A DNA stretch of 64,000 nucleotides. Origin: a virus. The position numbers and the translations under genes were made by a program. The notes below the pieces were generated by a model. It worked only from the letters and a program-made list of their open reading frames with translations. It was not told where the DNA came from and did no database searches. This document shows, piece after piece, positions 8,719 through 18,412 of this stretch (position 1 is its first letter; the number at the start of each line of letters is the position of its first letter). The stretch is from IMG/VR virus record IMGVR_UViG_3300020450_000010, positions 1 to 64,000 of that record; one strand, given 5' to 3'.

Positions 8719-9484
8719 TTGCTACTCTCCAAAGCAATCTAGGACCCATCACGGGTGTACGTCTATGCAAGCTGGTAAACTGATCCATAAACAACATATC
8801 ACCATACTGGAAAATATGATGTGTTTGATACTTACTTTTGAATATCTTTGGAATAAGTTTTTCAATTATAGGCTCGTGGTCTACTTTCTTTTTACCTTCC
8901 CATGCACCACATATAAAGTGATAGGGAAAGTAAAAGTACTTTAGATCATTGTGAGGATGTACGCCTATTAGATTTCTGATACTGCCTCTGTTTTTGTTCA
9001 TAAACTCCAGTTCAGGATCGTCATCATCTAAGCTGTACATTGTATGGTTTTTAAATTTAATCTTAATTTTAATACTGTTATAATATTCTTGCTCATCTTC
9101 ACTCATGTCATAATAAGGTTGGCTAGTGTTGCATATACTAAGAGTAGTATTAGGATCACCTTTAACACAATACAAACCAATTAGTATTTTATCAATAAGA
9201 TGTCTACTGTTTCCATTGCTATGCCAGCCCAATTCGCCATCGCCAAACATACCAATTTTGTTTCCTTCTGCATCTCTTTCACCACTTACTTTGAATATTT
9301 CTGGATGATCTGGATCATTCATAAACAATCCTGGAGCTTCACATTCGCCAATGCGTTTGAATATACTAGTAAGTTGTGCTTCTGTGTATTCTTGTTCAGT
9401 GAATATTGCAAGTCCGTCATGTTGAACTTGCTTCATAACATCTCTTAGTTCGTCGTCTGTGTAATCATAAAGTTGTGAGGTCAT
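8693..9484 (-). CDS. TauD/TfdA-family dioxygenase-like protein
   Basis: GMFGDGELGWHSN, GDMLFMDQFTSLHRR, RLLWR; start taken at ATG 9484. Confidence 0.75.
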   Translation of the reverse strand: MTSQLYDYTDDELRDVMKQVQHDGLAIFTEQEYTEAQLTSIFKRIGECEAPGLFMNDPDHPEIFKVSGERDAEGNKIGMFGDGELGWHSNGNSRHLIDKILIGLYCVKGDPNTTLSICNTSQPYYDMSEDEQEYYNSIKIKIKFKNHTMYSLDDDDPELEFMNKNRGSIRNLIGVHPHNDLKYFYFPYHFICGAWEGKKKVDHEPIIEKLIPKIFKSKYQTHHIFQYGDMLFMDQFTSLHRRTPVMGPRLLWRVASDYKRLWN

Positions 9485-10076
9485 CTGTACCATCCAAACT
9501 AAACATCAAAGCTATTCTTGGTTGGTTACTCATATTAACCACTGCATGTGGATAACCAATGTTAAGAAAGTTTGCTGTTCCATCTTCTAAATTATATGCT
9601 TCTAGCTTTCCGTCTCTTTTAAATAAATTAATTACATTTTTTCCACCATAGACTGGACATATACATCTGACTGCATAGCTTACATCATAGTCTACGTGAA
9701 AAGGAATAGTTTTTCCTGGAGCAAGTTTTGTTATTCGTACTCTGCTGGCAGGCGCTTTTAATTGTGTTACAATTTCTTCAAAGTAACTGTCTGTATAATG
9801 TTCAGTTGGAACATTGTACAAGTGTTCTTCTCTGCGTCTAAGTCGTTTTTTAATACTAGGCTCATATGGAAGTATTTCACTTGGTTTAGTTAGATTAATT
9901 TGTTCAAAATTATCATACACATCTGCTACTAACTCCATGTGATTATCACATAGCATTGGGTTTGCTGTTTTTACATCTACAAATTTTTCTGCTAGTGTAT
10001 CTGTTGCTTCTCTTAATCTTACGAGATCAATGTCAAGATTTAGATTGGCTATTGTTGGTAAATCTTGTTTTTTCAT
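9465..10076 (-). CDS. Asp/Asn beta-hydroxylase-like Fe(II)/2OG oxygenase
   Basis: RVRITKLAPGKTIPFHVD...PHAVVN...PRIAL. Confidence 0.75.
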   Translation of the reverse strand: MKKQDLPTIANLNLDIDLVRLREATDTLAEKFVDVKTANPMLCDNHMELVADVYDNFEQINLTKPSEILPYEPSIKKRLRRREEHLYNVPTEHYTDSYFEEIVTQLKAPASRVRITKLAPGKTIPFHVDYDVSYAVRCICPVYGGKNVINLFKRDGKLEAYNLEDGTANFLNIGYPHAVVNMSNQPRIALMFSLDGTDDLTTL

Positions 10077-10084
10077 TTTTCCTC

Positions 10085-11008
10085 CTACAAAACGTAATTA
10101 TAATGATTACGGACTTCAGCTTTATACCAATTAGCTGTTCTCAGTAATTCCCTGGGTTTATCCTTTAAGACATCGGGTCTTCTGTGAATTGTTGTTGTTT
10201 GATCCATCAACATAATATCTCCAGGTTTCCATGGATGCTTGTACGTGTACTTATCTGAACAAATCCAAGCGTTCCATATCTCATCATATATCTCTTTGCT
10301 ATTGTCTAATATTTTTCCATCTTGTATAAAACTTGTAATTTCATAAGGTTGGAAAAATAATCCTTCAGTGCCAAGTGGATGGTCAGGCACAAGCCTATGT
10401 TTATCAACTACACCTCTCCATTCGTTAAACTTGGACTTAACATCTTCTTCAATATTTGTACAGAGTTGAACTTTGCTTTTGTCTCTATTTTGCTTTATTC
10501 CTTTCATTACAGTGTCCGTATACTTAATATCCCAGTCAGGTTTCCATGGCTGATTCAAAGGTGTTGTATCAGTAGCATGCCAAAGTGTACTGTGTAATGT
10601 TTTATAAAAATTTTGTGTGTCTTTGCTTAGTGTATGCCAATAAGGAATACTAGTACATATCCATGTTTCCGTATGGTATGTTATAGTTTTTCCATATATT
10701 CCAACTATTTCTTGTGCGTCACAATGCGGAACAAGATTGCTGTGCCAGTCTAGTTCATCATCACCAAATAGTCCTTTGCTTCCATCTTCTGCCAGTGCTT
10801 CTGTTGATACACGCCAAAAATATTCACTATGTTCTTTGTCTGTACACCAGATGTCTGGGCTTACATGATAGCCAAACTCTAATGCCCATTGTGCATATTC
10901 TTCTGGTGAAGCACCACTGTTAAGTATCATTAAATATCCATGTTCGGCACACCAACGGCTGGCTTGAATAGGATCAATTGCTTCTAGTTTTTTATCTTTT
11001 ATAATCAC
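10085..11008 (-). CDS. TauD/TfdA-family dioxygenase-like protein
   Basis: GLFGDDELDWHSN, HPWKPGDIMLMDQTTTIHRR, RELLR; paralogue of 8693-9484. Confidence 0.75.
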   Translation of the reverse strand: MIIKDKKLEAIDPIQASRWCAEHGYLMILNSGASPEEYAQWALEFGYHVSPDIWCTDKEHSEYFWRVSTEALAEDGSKGLFGDDELDWHSNLVPHCDAQEIVGIYGKTITYHTETWICTSIPYWHTLSKDTQNFYKTLHSTLWHATDTTPLNQPWKPDWDIKYTDTVMKGIKQNRDKSKVQLCTNIEEDVKSKFNEWRGVVDKHRLVPDHPLGTEGLFFQPYEITSFIQDGKILDNSKEIYDEIWNAWICSDKYTYKHPWKPGDIMLMDQTTTIHRRPDVLKDKPRELLRTANWYKAEVRNHYNYVL

Positions 11009-11832
11009 TTGAAATGGTCCTCGGTAATAATATAGTCCTTGTATTTTTCAATACTTCTGTCTAATAGTTCATGCCACTTTTGTATATTTAACGTTCCCAT
11101 TGGCATTAATTGTATTCTCTGGCTAGGATGATAACCAGCATCTGCTCCATGTTCATGCACATTTCCGTCATACGCCATTGTGTTTGTTTCTGGTGGCAAT
11201 TGAGGATATATTCGTGTTTGTGCATGATCTTTGGTAAAATACAAATGCTCCTTGCGCCAATCTGTAACTCGGCTCCAACGCACTCTTAGTTGGCTAGGTT
11301 CTTGTGGCACTAATTTTTTACGAGCTCCTTCATATTCATCATAATGCGGACCAACTCCGTGATCATCTCTTCCTACAAACGCAAGCCAACGTATATTATC
11401 ATATGGCAGTGCTTCAACAAAGTCTACTATCTGAGGGAATTCATCACGCATAAAGTCAAACCATTCTCCTTTGACATCAGCGTAGTATTCACCATTTTTA
11501 AAACACATCAATGCTCTATAGTCGTGGTCATTAAAAGTGCTGTGTCTACTGCTGTTCATGTCTTCTGGTTTTTTATCAAACCAAGGTTGTGCTAAACCTT
11601 CATTTTTCTTTTGTACAATATCCTGCCAAACATTCCAGAATTTATCAAGATCTAAATCTACGTAGGGTAAATCTAAAGGTGTCCAAACTACCCCTTTATA
11701 ACCTGTGTACTCAGAGTTATAATTTACTTTATGATGCTCAGGATGACTTGGATCCTGCCTAGCAACATATTTGCTAACGTCACTTCCTGGAAGTCTTTGT
11801 TCGCTGTTTAAGACTTTTCTATAATTGTCCAT
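11005..11832 (-). CDS. Fe(II)/2OG oxygenase-like protein
   Basis: VGPHYD...VHEHGAD...RIQL; start taken at ATG 11832. Confidence 0.55.
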   Translation of the reverse strand: MDNYRKVLNSEQRLPGSDVSKYVARQDPSHPEHHKVNYNSEYTGYKGVVWTPLDLPYVDLDLDKFWNVWQDIVQKKNEGLAQPWFDKKPEDMNSSRHSTFNDHDYRALMCFKNGEYYADVKGEWFDFMRDEFPQIVDFVEALPYDNIRWLAFVGRDDHGVGPHYDEYEGARKKLVPQEPSQLRVRWSRVTDWRKEHLYFTKDHAQTRIYPQLPPETNTMAYDGNVHEHGADAGYHPSQRIQLMPMGTLNIQKWHELLDRSIEKYKDYIITEDHFK

Positions 11833-12452
11833 TTCTCGTCCCATTCTTCATATAAATGCAACCATTCACACATAGTTCTTACGTCTGTGTGTTCTGTAAT
11901 CATATTTTTCTTTTCATAAGGTTGCGATAAATCATTGTAAATTGTTTCAGATTCTGTTTTGACATACTCAAAATTGTCGGGCACACACTTGTCCCACCCA
12001 CGATTGAAAGCAATATGTCCTCTATAATCTGTGTTAAATTGTTTTAATAAATCCCGCATCATATCACTATGTCTAGCACCATTTGTATAACTTGGAGAAA
12101 ATGTAATACTATACATAGGCTTATGACTAATGCTATAGGGAATATCTAATCTTTTGTCAAAGTTAGTTTTTACAACTAACCAATCCATTGCGTTCTTGAA
12201 TGTGCCGCAATATCCGCCCATCATTTCACTTACTGCAAAAACATATGCATCAGCATCTATAAGTGCTTTATCAAATTTAATCACGCTTTCCGGCACACTG
12301 CCGTCAGCTACATTAGAATTTAAAACAGGAATATCAAAATCTATCAAATTAACATATTTGTGAAATCCTATAAATTTATCCATTAACTGCAATCCACGAG
12401 CTTGCATACTTTTAGGACTATTGCTGAAATTTACTGCTACTATTTTATTCAC
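11808..12452 (-). CDS. NADPH-dependent FMN reductase (flavodoxin-like)
   Basis: ADAYVFAVSE..GYCGTFKNAMDWL..HKP; paralogue of the N-half of 6929-8203. Confidence 0.8.
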   Translation of the reverse strand: MNKIVAVNFSNSPKSMQARGLQLMDKFIGFHKYVNLIDFDIPVLNSNVADGSVPESVIKFDKALIDADAYVFAVSEMMGGYCGTFKNAMDWLVVKTNFDKRLDIPYSISHKPMYSITFSPSYTNGARHSDMMRDLLKQFNTDYRGHIAFNRGWDKCVPDNFEYVKTESETIYNDLSQPYEKKNMITEHTDVRTMCEWLHLYEEWDEKWTIIEKS

Positions 12453-13281
12453 CGATTTCTCTATTCATTAAGTAAGATAAGTCAAGTCTAGCAACGTCTT
12501 TTACTCTGCGTCTTACTTTATATTCTTCGCTGTTACTATTGGCAATAAAGAAACAATCACTTGGTGTTAACGAATATTCTTTGCAAATTTGATATTGTTT
12601 TTCTTTATACATATTGTATATATCATCTATTTTAAAGTTTGCCATTACAGCAAGACATATCTCTACACTTGTATAATTCCAAGCTTCAACACGTTTCATA
12701 ATACTAAGGCTTTTGTGTGGCTGTTTTGTAAAAACTAAACCACTGCGTTGTCCTATCAATCCCCAGCCTTTGCTAAAACTAAACCATACTTGTTCAGTGT
12801 TTACAGGCGGAACGATTGTTCGTATAGCAGTTGAACCTACATATGCACAATCCAGTATAACATCATTTTGAATTTTGTCAATATCAATTATGTTGCCGGT
12901 AGCACATGCAGGATTGCTAATGTAAAGCAAAGTATCAGGTTGTATTACTTCTACACTGGATCCATTGCCTCCTATCATTTTAGCATACTCATAGTCGCCT
13001 TTTAAGTATTGCCAAGGTCTTGTTTCAGTTGCTATCCATTGGTTGAGTGCATCAGTTACTCCGTTAACAAAGTAGCAGTGTGTAAACTCTGTAAGGTCAA
13101 TTATATCTTTAACCCATTCTCTATATTGCTGTTCTAATAGATCCAAACGTTTTTTTGCAATTCCGTTTCCTCTTGTATAATTTACTGGAGTAATTGTTTT
13201 TAACAAACTTTGTACTTCGGGTATTTGCGGTGCTTGTACCCAAGGATTCTTTTTCATAATACTTTTATAAAGTTTATTCAT
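12445..13281 (-). CDS. PLP-dependent aminotransferase class I/II-like protein
   Basis: NGVTDAL, ISNP..TG, ILDCAY, PLP-lysine motif SFSKGWGLIGQRSG. Confidence 0.8.
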   Translation of the reverse strand: MNKLYKSIMKKNPWVQAPQIPEVQSLLKTITPVNYTRGNGIAKKRLDLLEQQYREWVKDIIDLTEFTHCYFVNGVTDALNQWIATETRPWQYLKGDYEYAKMIGGNGSSVEVIQPDTLLYISNPACATGNIIDIDKIQNDVILDCAYVGSTAIRTIVPPVNTEQVWFSFSKGWGLIGQRSGLVFTKQPHKSLSIMKRVEAWNYTSVEICLAVMANFKIDDIYNMYKEKQYQICKEYSLTPSDCFFIANSNSEEYKVRRRVKDVARLDLSYLMNREIGE

Positions 13282-13969
13282 CTACACCTACTGTAAAAAT
13301 ACTAATACCAATTTTTCTTTCAATGCCTTTACTTTTAAAATCACTGCTACAGTGTAATGCTAAACTATCAAAACACAATGCGTCTCCAACACGCCATGGC
13401 AATGCTTTATTAATACTAAGTCCGTTAAGCCAATTTTCTCTGAGATGTGTCAGATATGTGTCTTTAAAATTACTATCAATTGTAGAATGTAGTTTAATAT
13501 TTTCTACATTATTGTAAGTTGATAAAAATGTATTGTAGTGAATATTCCAATCGCTGGTATCTTCCCCATTAACAAATTTTGCAGGTCCTCCATAGTAATA
13601 CTGATCAAAAATTACAAGTTTAACATCATCACTATTACCATAAATTTTTAAAGGAATAGTAAATGCTTTGTAACAATTTGGATATTCAAACTCATCATCA
13701 TTGTGCAGTATATGAGGATCAGTTACATCAAAGTAATGCATATATCTTATTTTGCAAGGATCGATTGTACTTTGTAATTTACTAAGCAATGGATAAAAGA
13801 TATAATCCATTGGGTTTACTTTAAGCACACGCGGGCCAGTGCTTTTTTGCAATACGTCATGTTGATTTGCAAAATAATAATCTAACAATCCATCTATTGG
13901 AATATTTGTTATACTAAAAGGATCACCTTGTCCTTGTTTAATTTTGTCTATTTGTTGTTGTGTACGCAT
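13274..13969 (-). CDS. Fe(II)/2OG oxygenase-like protein
   Basis: PHILHND...WRVGDALCFDSLALHCS; start set at ATG 13969 (TAATG coupling). Confidence 0.6.
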   Translation of the reverse strand: MRTQQQIDKIKQGQGDPFSITNIPIDGLLDYYFANQHDVLQKSTGPRVLKVNPMDYIFYPLLSKLQSTIDPCKIRYMHYFDVTDPHILHNDDEFEYPNCYKAFTIPLKIYGNSDDVKLVIFDQYYYGGPAKFVNGEDTSDWNIHYNTFLSTYNNVENIKLHSTIDSNFKDTYLTHLRENWLNGLSINKALPWRVGDALCFDSLALHCSSDFKSKGIERKIGISIFTVGVDE

Positions 13970-14718
13970 TAGTAAAACTTTAAACAGCTCATAAGTCGCA
14001 TGACATTTTCCCAAGTCTTAGGAACATTAAGTATTAAATGTAAACTATCGTCACACCAACTGTGAGTTCTATGTACTTGTCTTGTGTCAACGTAATATGT
14101 TTGATTGGCTACAACTGTTCTTCGTTTCTCTCCTAGCCACCATTCGTAACTGTGCATGTCACTGCTGTTACCTAAAAATGTTATAATTCTAAAACAATCC
14201 CTTGCAAGATAAGGGCTATCTCTGTGTGGAGGGAACCAGCCTCCGGCGTTTGCTCTGATAATCATTGTGCGTCCTAGCTCTCCCCAATAATCTAGTAGCG
14301 GGTGTATACTGGTTAAGTCTCGATATGCTTGAGTTGGATATTTAAAGTCTTTTTCATATAGCATACGACCTGCACGTTTAATTGCTTCTGGTCTACTCAA
14401 ACTGTCTGTTGGTTTATCACCTTCTAAGCCTACTAGTAGTAATCCTTCTCTGTCATTGCTAATACCTTCTCGTCTGAGATAAGGTACAAATTTTTGTTGT
14501 TTAATTTGCATTGAAAACAATCCAGTATCGAATGGCATATGTAATGCTTCAAAGTCTCCAAGTGCTTGCAGTTGCAGTTCACATTTAATATCTTCTGCTG
14601 TGGGTTCTAAACTTTCTGGATTTTCTTTCCAATAGCTGTAGTAATCACTTTGACTTCTATTTGCTTTGGGTGTCAAGTTTAATGTGTTGCCGTCTTTGTC
14701 AGTTTTCTTTAGGTCCAT
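13969..14718 (-). CDS. Asp/Asn beta-hydroxylase-like Fe(II)/2OG oxygenase
   Basis: GGWFPPHRD...DTRQVHRTH..LHLILN. Confidence 0.7.
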   Translation of the reverse strand: MDLKKTDKDGNTLNLTPKANRSQSDYYSYWKENPESLEPTAEDIKCELQLQALGDFEALHMPFDTGLFSMQIKQQKFVPYLRREGISNDREGLLLVGLEGDKPTDSLSRPEAIKRAGRMLYEKDFKYPTQAYRDLTSIHPLLDYWGELGRTMIIRANAGGWFPPHRDSPYLARDCFRIITFLGNSSDMHSYEWWLGEKRRTVVANQTYYVDTRQVHRTHSWCDDSLHLILNVPKTWENVMRLMSCLKFY

Positions 14719-14722
14719 TTTT

Positions 14723-15430
14723 TTATCCTTTAATAATATCTGTATACAGCGGGCGAGGGTAAGTATCTAATACATTATCCGGAGCAAAAGGAATTGGTTT
14801 AACTTTATCTATTCTGGGATCAAAATAATCATGTCTTACACTGGTATCTTTTCCGTAACCAATTCCCATAATAAATCTAAAATCTAGTGCTCTACTATCT
14901 TCTGCTAGTTTAAAGATTTCAGTTGCTCTTTGATAGTTGTTACATATGTTTTGACACATGCCGCTTTGAATTCCTCTATTAGCTAGTGCTAACATTATAT
15001 ATGCTACAAAAATTCCTATTTCTAAATTTTCACTTTGTGTCTGATCACCATGTGGATCATTTGTTCTCTGATTACCTAACCCATGTCCATCAAATGTTCC
15101 TCTATAACTATTCTTTTCATATCTTATTTCAGTATCAGCACAGTATCTTGCATTGAATCCTAATAGCCATGGAGCAAGTACTTGTGGATTGCCTGGGTCT
15201 ACTTCAGCTTCTAAGTCTTGATTTCTGTGACAGATAGTCATTATTTCTTTGCGTATGTTGACATCGTCGTTTCTTAACAATCTAACTTGATACGGAAATT
15301 GTAAATTTTTACTAGGAACATGTTGATAAACTTCCTTTAATACTTCATCAATTATTGATCTGTCGGGTATCCTATCTTCATCCCATGCAAAAGTAGTATG
15401 TCTCGATTGAATTATTTGTAACCATTCCAT
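14723..15430 (-). CDS. nitroreductase-family flavoprotein
   Basis: IQSRHT, VPSKNLQFPY, IMLALANRGIQSG, MGIGYG. Confidence 0.75.
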   Translation of the reverse strand: MEWLQIIQSRHTTFAWDEDRIPDRSIIDEVLKEVYQHVPSKNLQFPYQVRLLRNDDVNIRKEIMTICHRNQDLEAEVDPGNPQVLAPWLLGFNARYCADTEIRYEKNSYRGTFDGHGLGNQRTNDPHGDQTQSENLEIGIFVAYIMLALANRGIQSGMCQNICNNYQRATEIFKLAEDSRALDFRFIMGIGYGKDTSVRHDYFDPRIDKVKPIPFAPDNVLDTYPRPLYTDIIKG

Positions 15431-16554
15431 TACAATATTTTCCTTTTTGGTATTTTACTATCAGCACTAGATACACAACTTTCAGTAATACAAGGACGAG
15501 GGCCGTTGAATAATTTAAATCCTGTTTCTATGTTACCAATTGGATTGTCATGGCAACTATAGCTACGTTTAATACTTCCGTCAGGCTCTCTTATAATTAT
15601 GCCACTGTATCCTGCATTACAACTCCATCCTTTGAACTTGTTAAAATTAAACGCATTAAACCGTTCTGCTTGATCCATGTACCATTTTTTACCTTTATTG
15701 TCAGTGAACTCTACCTGCATGTGCCATGGTACACTTTTATCATTTTCTCCGATAGTCTGTGGTGGCAGTTCGAAACTAGGTTTTGGACGATCATTCCATT
15801 GTCGCTTTAACTCAGTATACGCCATTTGTGGCATACCGTTGTATAAACGATCTTTCATATCCCTAGTGTATCCATCAACCACTTTTGACGCAGACGGATC
15901 CGACTGAGGCTTGAGGGTGACATTGATTCCTTGTTCATGGAAGAACAGTGCATTGTCCCAATCTTTTTCAAACCATTCTGGAACCATAACCATATTGATT
16001 GTAATTTGAACATCATATTCCTGACACAAGATCAGCTTATCAGCAAAGTCCTGCATTTTTTCTTTAGTATTTAAGTGTTCTGTATGCAAGCTGGCTGTGA
16101 TGCTAGCTCTGTGAAATGGTTTAACTCGTTCTACATACTGTTCAAACCATTTCATAGGCCTCGAACAGTTTGATGTCATGTGGACACTAGTATAATTAGT
16201 GTTGTGGACATCAGAAGCCAAATGCCCAAGGATGTCCAGGTATCCTGGGTGGAAAGTTGGCTCACCGCCAGATAAGCTAAAATGAAAGCTGTTAAAATTA
16301 TTAGCACGAGCTTGCCTTTTTATTTCGTCGATTGTTTTGAAACATAGTTCTGTTGGTCTGTGATCTTTTCTGTCGCTTCTTGCATAGGGCCAGCAGTAGC
16401 TACATCTGTAGTTACAGAATCTACCGAGGAGCCAGCTAACAGTAAACAAGTCTCTATATAAGAGTGTCCTTTGACCGACTTGAACAATGTCATCATACGG
16501 GATTTTGGTAAAGTCATATTCGCTCCATTTTAAATCTTCATTGGATTTCACCAT
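15430..16554 (-). CDS. radical SAM protein with C-terminal twitch/SPASM-like domain
   Basis: CNYRCSYC, SGGEPT, TSN; C-terminal WSCNAG...C...CITESCVS. Confidence 0.92.
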   Translation of the reverse strand: MVKSNEDLKWSEYDFTKIPYDDIVQVGQRTLLYRDLFTVSWLLGRFCNYRCSYCWPYARSDRKDHRPTELCFKTIDEIKRQARANNFNSFHFSLSGGEPTFHPGYLDILGHLASDVHNTNYTSVHMTSNCSRPMKWFEQYVERVKPFHRASITASLHTEHLNTKEKMQDFADKLILCQEYDVQITINMVMVPEWFEKDWDNALFFHEQGINVTLKPQSDPSASKVVDGYTRDMKDRLYNGMPQMAYTELKRQWNDRPKPSFELPPQTIGENDKSVPWHMQVEFTDNKGKKWYMDQAERFNAFNFNKFKGWSCNAGYSGIIIREPDGSIKRSYSCHDNPIGNIETGFKLFNGPRPCITESCVSSADSKIPKRKIL

Positions 16555-16684
16555 TTAGTCTCTTTTCCAAATATTCTATAACATGCGGTAACATAGGATC
16601 TTTTGTTTTCAAGTATAGCTCTTTCGCACCCTGTAGTTCGTATTCTAAAAATTCTTTTACAGTCCAAACATCATATTGTGTCAT
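16538..16684 (-). CDS. small hypothetical protein (48 aa, not in ORF track)
   Basis: Read by hand: MTQYDVWTVKEFLEYELQGAKELYLKTKDPMLPHVIEYLEKRLNGEIQ*; ATGA overlap with the upstream stop. Confidence 0.6.
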   Translation of the reverse strand: MTQYDVWTVKEFLEYELQGAKELYLKTKDPMLPHVIEYLEKRLNGEIQ

Positions 16685-17322
16685 AGTGTTAAACCTTTTG
16701 TTTCTTTAAATATATCTTGGGCTAGTGTTTTATGTGTAATTTCACCAGGATGATCATTATCCAATGCAAGTGGATTATTTTTAATTAATTGCAAATAGTC
16801 TATTTCCAATATCTTTGTATCAAAGAACTTATAATCCTTCCTTAGATAATTATGCACTAAAATATGATAATTTCTAATTTTTTTACTATTTAAAAATAAG
16901 TTTGCGTAGTGAATGCAATAATGTTGATTCAATGACATATCATTATCATCATGTACATGACTAAAAAATGCTGTAGATGCTCGTTGTTTTTCATTTAAAT
17001 ATTTTTCTGTAGCAAAATTACTAGGATTGGCATGCCATACTCCTAGACGTATAATATAATCTTTCTTAATTACACAAAATCTATCCGTAAAAGTCCAACA
17101 TATTACAACAATGTCATCAGTGTTATAGTCATAATTTAACACATGATGTGCTATCTCTTTATTACTTGATCCTTTATAAGACATATTTACAACTGGAATA
17201 TTTGCTAAGTCGCCGAGAATCTGAGGCCATGCAAGTTTGCTAGGTTGTTCATTGTCGGGATGAATATCACTAAGTCCTTGCCCATATGTGGCGCTACAAC
17301 CAAATGCAACTAATTTACTCAT
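16681..17322 (-). CDS. SGNH/GDSL hydrolase-like protein (possible acyltransferase/esterase)
   Basis: AFGCSATYG (block I), NMSYKGSSN (block II), DNDHPG (block V DxxH). Confidence 0.7.
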   Translation of the reverse strand: MSKLVAFGCSATYGQGLSDIHPDNEQPSKLAWPQILGDLANIPVVNMSYKGSSNKEIAHHVLNYDYNTDDIVVICWTFTDRFCVIKKDYIIRLGVWHANPSNFATEKYLNEKQRASTAFFSHVHDDNDMSLNQHYCIHYANLFLNSKKIRNYHILVHNYLRKDYKFFDTKILEIDYLQLIKNNPLALDNDHPGEITHKTLAQDIFKETKGLTL

Positions 17323-17867
17323 TTAATATCCTTTACTTTAGATAAAAATAATTCAGCACCATTGCCTACATTGGCATTCCAATCTTTCATTGCATTTTCA
17401 TCAGCCATATCACTAACATATTTCCAACTTTTAAAAGGTATTCCGTATTGTTTTGCTACATATGCTAGTGCCCAGCCTTCCATGTCAACACAATCTATAT
17501 CAGCTTGTGTAAACCAAGGATCATATTCCATTACAAAACTATCACCTGTTCCACAGCGTATACCACCATTACCAGTTTTAATATCACCTATTAGTGGATC
17601 ACTAAAAGGAATACTACCTCTAGGGGCTTGTGGTTCTGCACACATGTCTCTTTGTACAAAAGCACCAACTTGATTTAAACCTGTGACTTTTGGATTTAAT
17701 CCTCCAGCTGTGCCATAGTTTACAATTAAGTCTGGTTTATGAAAATGACATAAACTTTTTGCAAGAGCAGTAGCCGCTTGTACTTTTCCAACTCCAGTAT
17801 AAACTATATTAAAACCATTTGGAGGTTCTGGCAGTTCTGCTTGTAATGCTACGCATAATGTTATCAT
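17319..17867 (-). CDS. mtnN: 5'-methylthioadenosine/S-adenosylhomocysteine nucleosidase
   Basis: GVGKVQAA, IVNYGTAGG, TGDSF, VDMEG, YVSDMAD. Confidence 0.85.
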   Translation of the reverse strand: MITLCVALQAELPEPPNGFNIVYTGVGKVQAATALAKSLCHFHKPDLIVNYGTAGGLNPKVTGLNQVGAFVQRDMCAEPQAPRGSIPFSDPLIGDIKTGNGGIRCGTGDSFVMEYDPWFTQADIDCVDMEGWALAYVAKQYGIPFKSWKYVSDMADENAMKDWNANVGNGAELFLSKVKDIK

Positions 17868-18412
17868 GTTTGTCTTTCCTGCATAGGGTCAATACTTAAC
17901 TCATTTATATTAACATGTTTTGGCTGTTCAATCAACCATTTAATATAATCGGCGGCTTCATCTTCTAACATACATTTTCTGTCCGGATGTTTATGTTGAT
18001 TATTTGCTAGCGTACCAAAACTTATTAAACTTATTTTAGGACCACTATGCCATACTCCAACCAAACCCAAACTGTTGCAATAGTCTCTGAGTGCTTTCTT
18101 TTCAGCACTATACAACCATGCTTGACCTTTCTTGGTACGGTCAGTGGTACTGCCAATACATACTATATGTGCTTCCTTTTTGGCGTTATACACTGCTTTG
18201 TATACTAAATCCAGTAGGACAGTTTGACTAAAGCGCCATAATGCACTATTAATTATAATAACATCATGTTTAGTACATTGATTTGCAAACTCGAACATAT
18301 GGTCGGTGTTTGTTAAATCATACCCTGTTGTACGACTGCAAAAAACTGCATTAGGATATACTTTGTGTAGTGCTTTTGCCAAGCCAAAAGTTTTGTTTCC
18401 AGTAATAATCAT
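17864..18412 (-). CDS. short-chain dehydrogenase/reductase (SDR)
   Basis: ITG...GLAKAL, INSA, IGS, YSAEK (YxxxK), PKHVNINELSI. Confidence 0.8.
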   Translation of the reverse strand: MIITGNKTFGLAKALHKVYPNAVFCSRTTGYDLTNTDHMFEFANQCTKHDVIIINSALWRFSQTVLLDLVYKAVYNAKKEAHIVCIGSTTDRTKKGQAWLYSAEKKALRDYCNSLGLVGVWHSGPKISLISFGTLANNQHKHPDRKCMLEDEAADYIKWLIEQPKHVNINELSIDPMQERQT

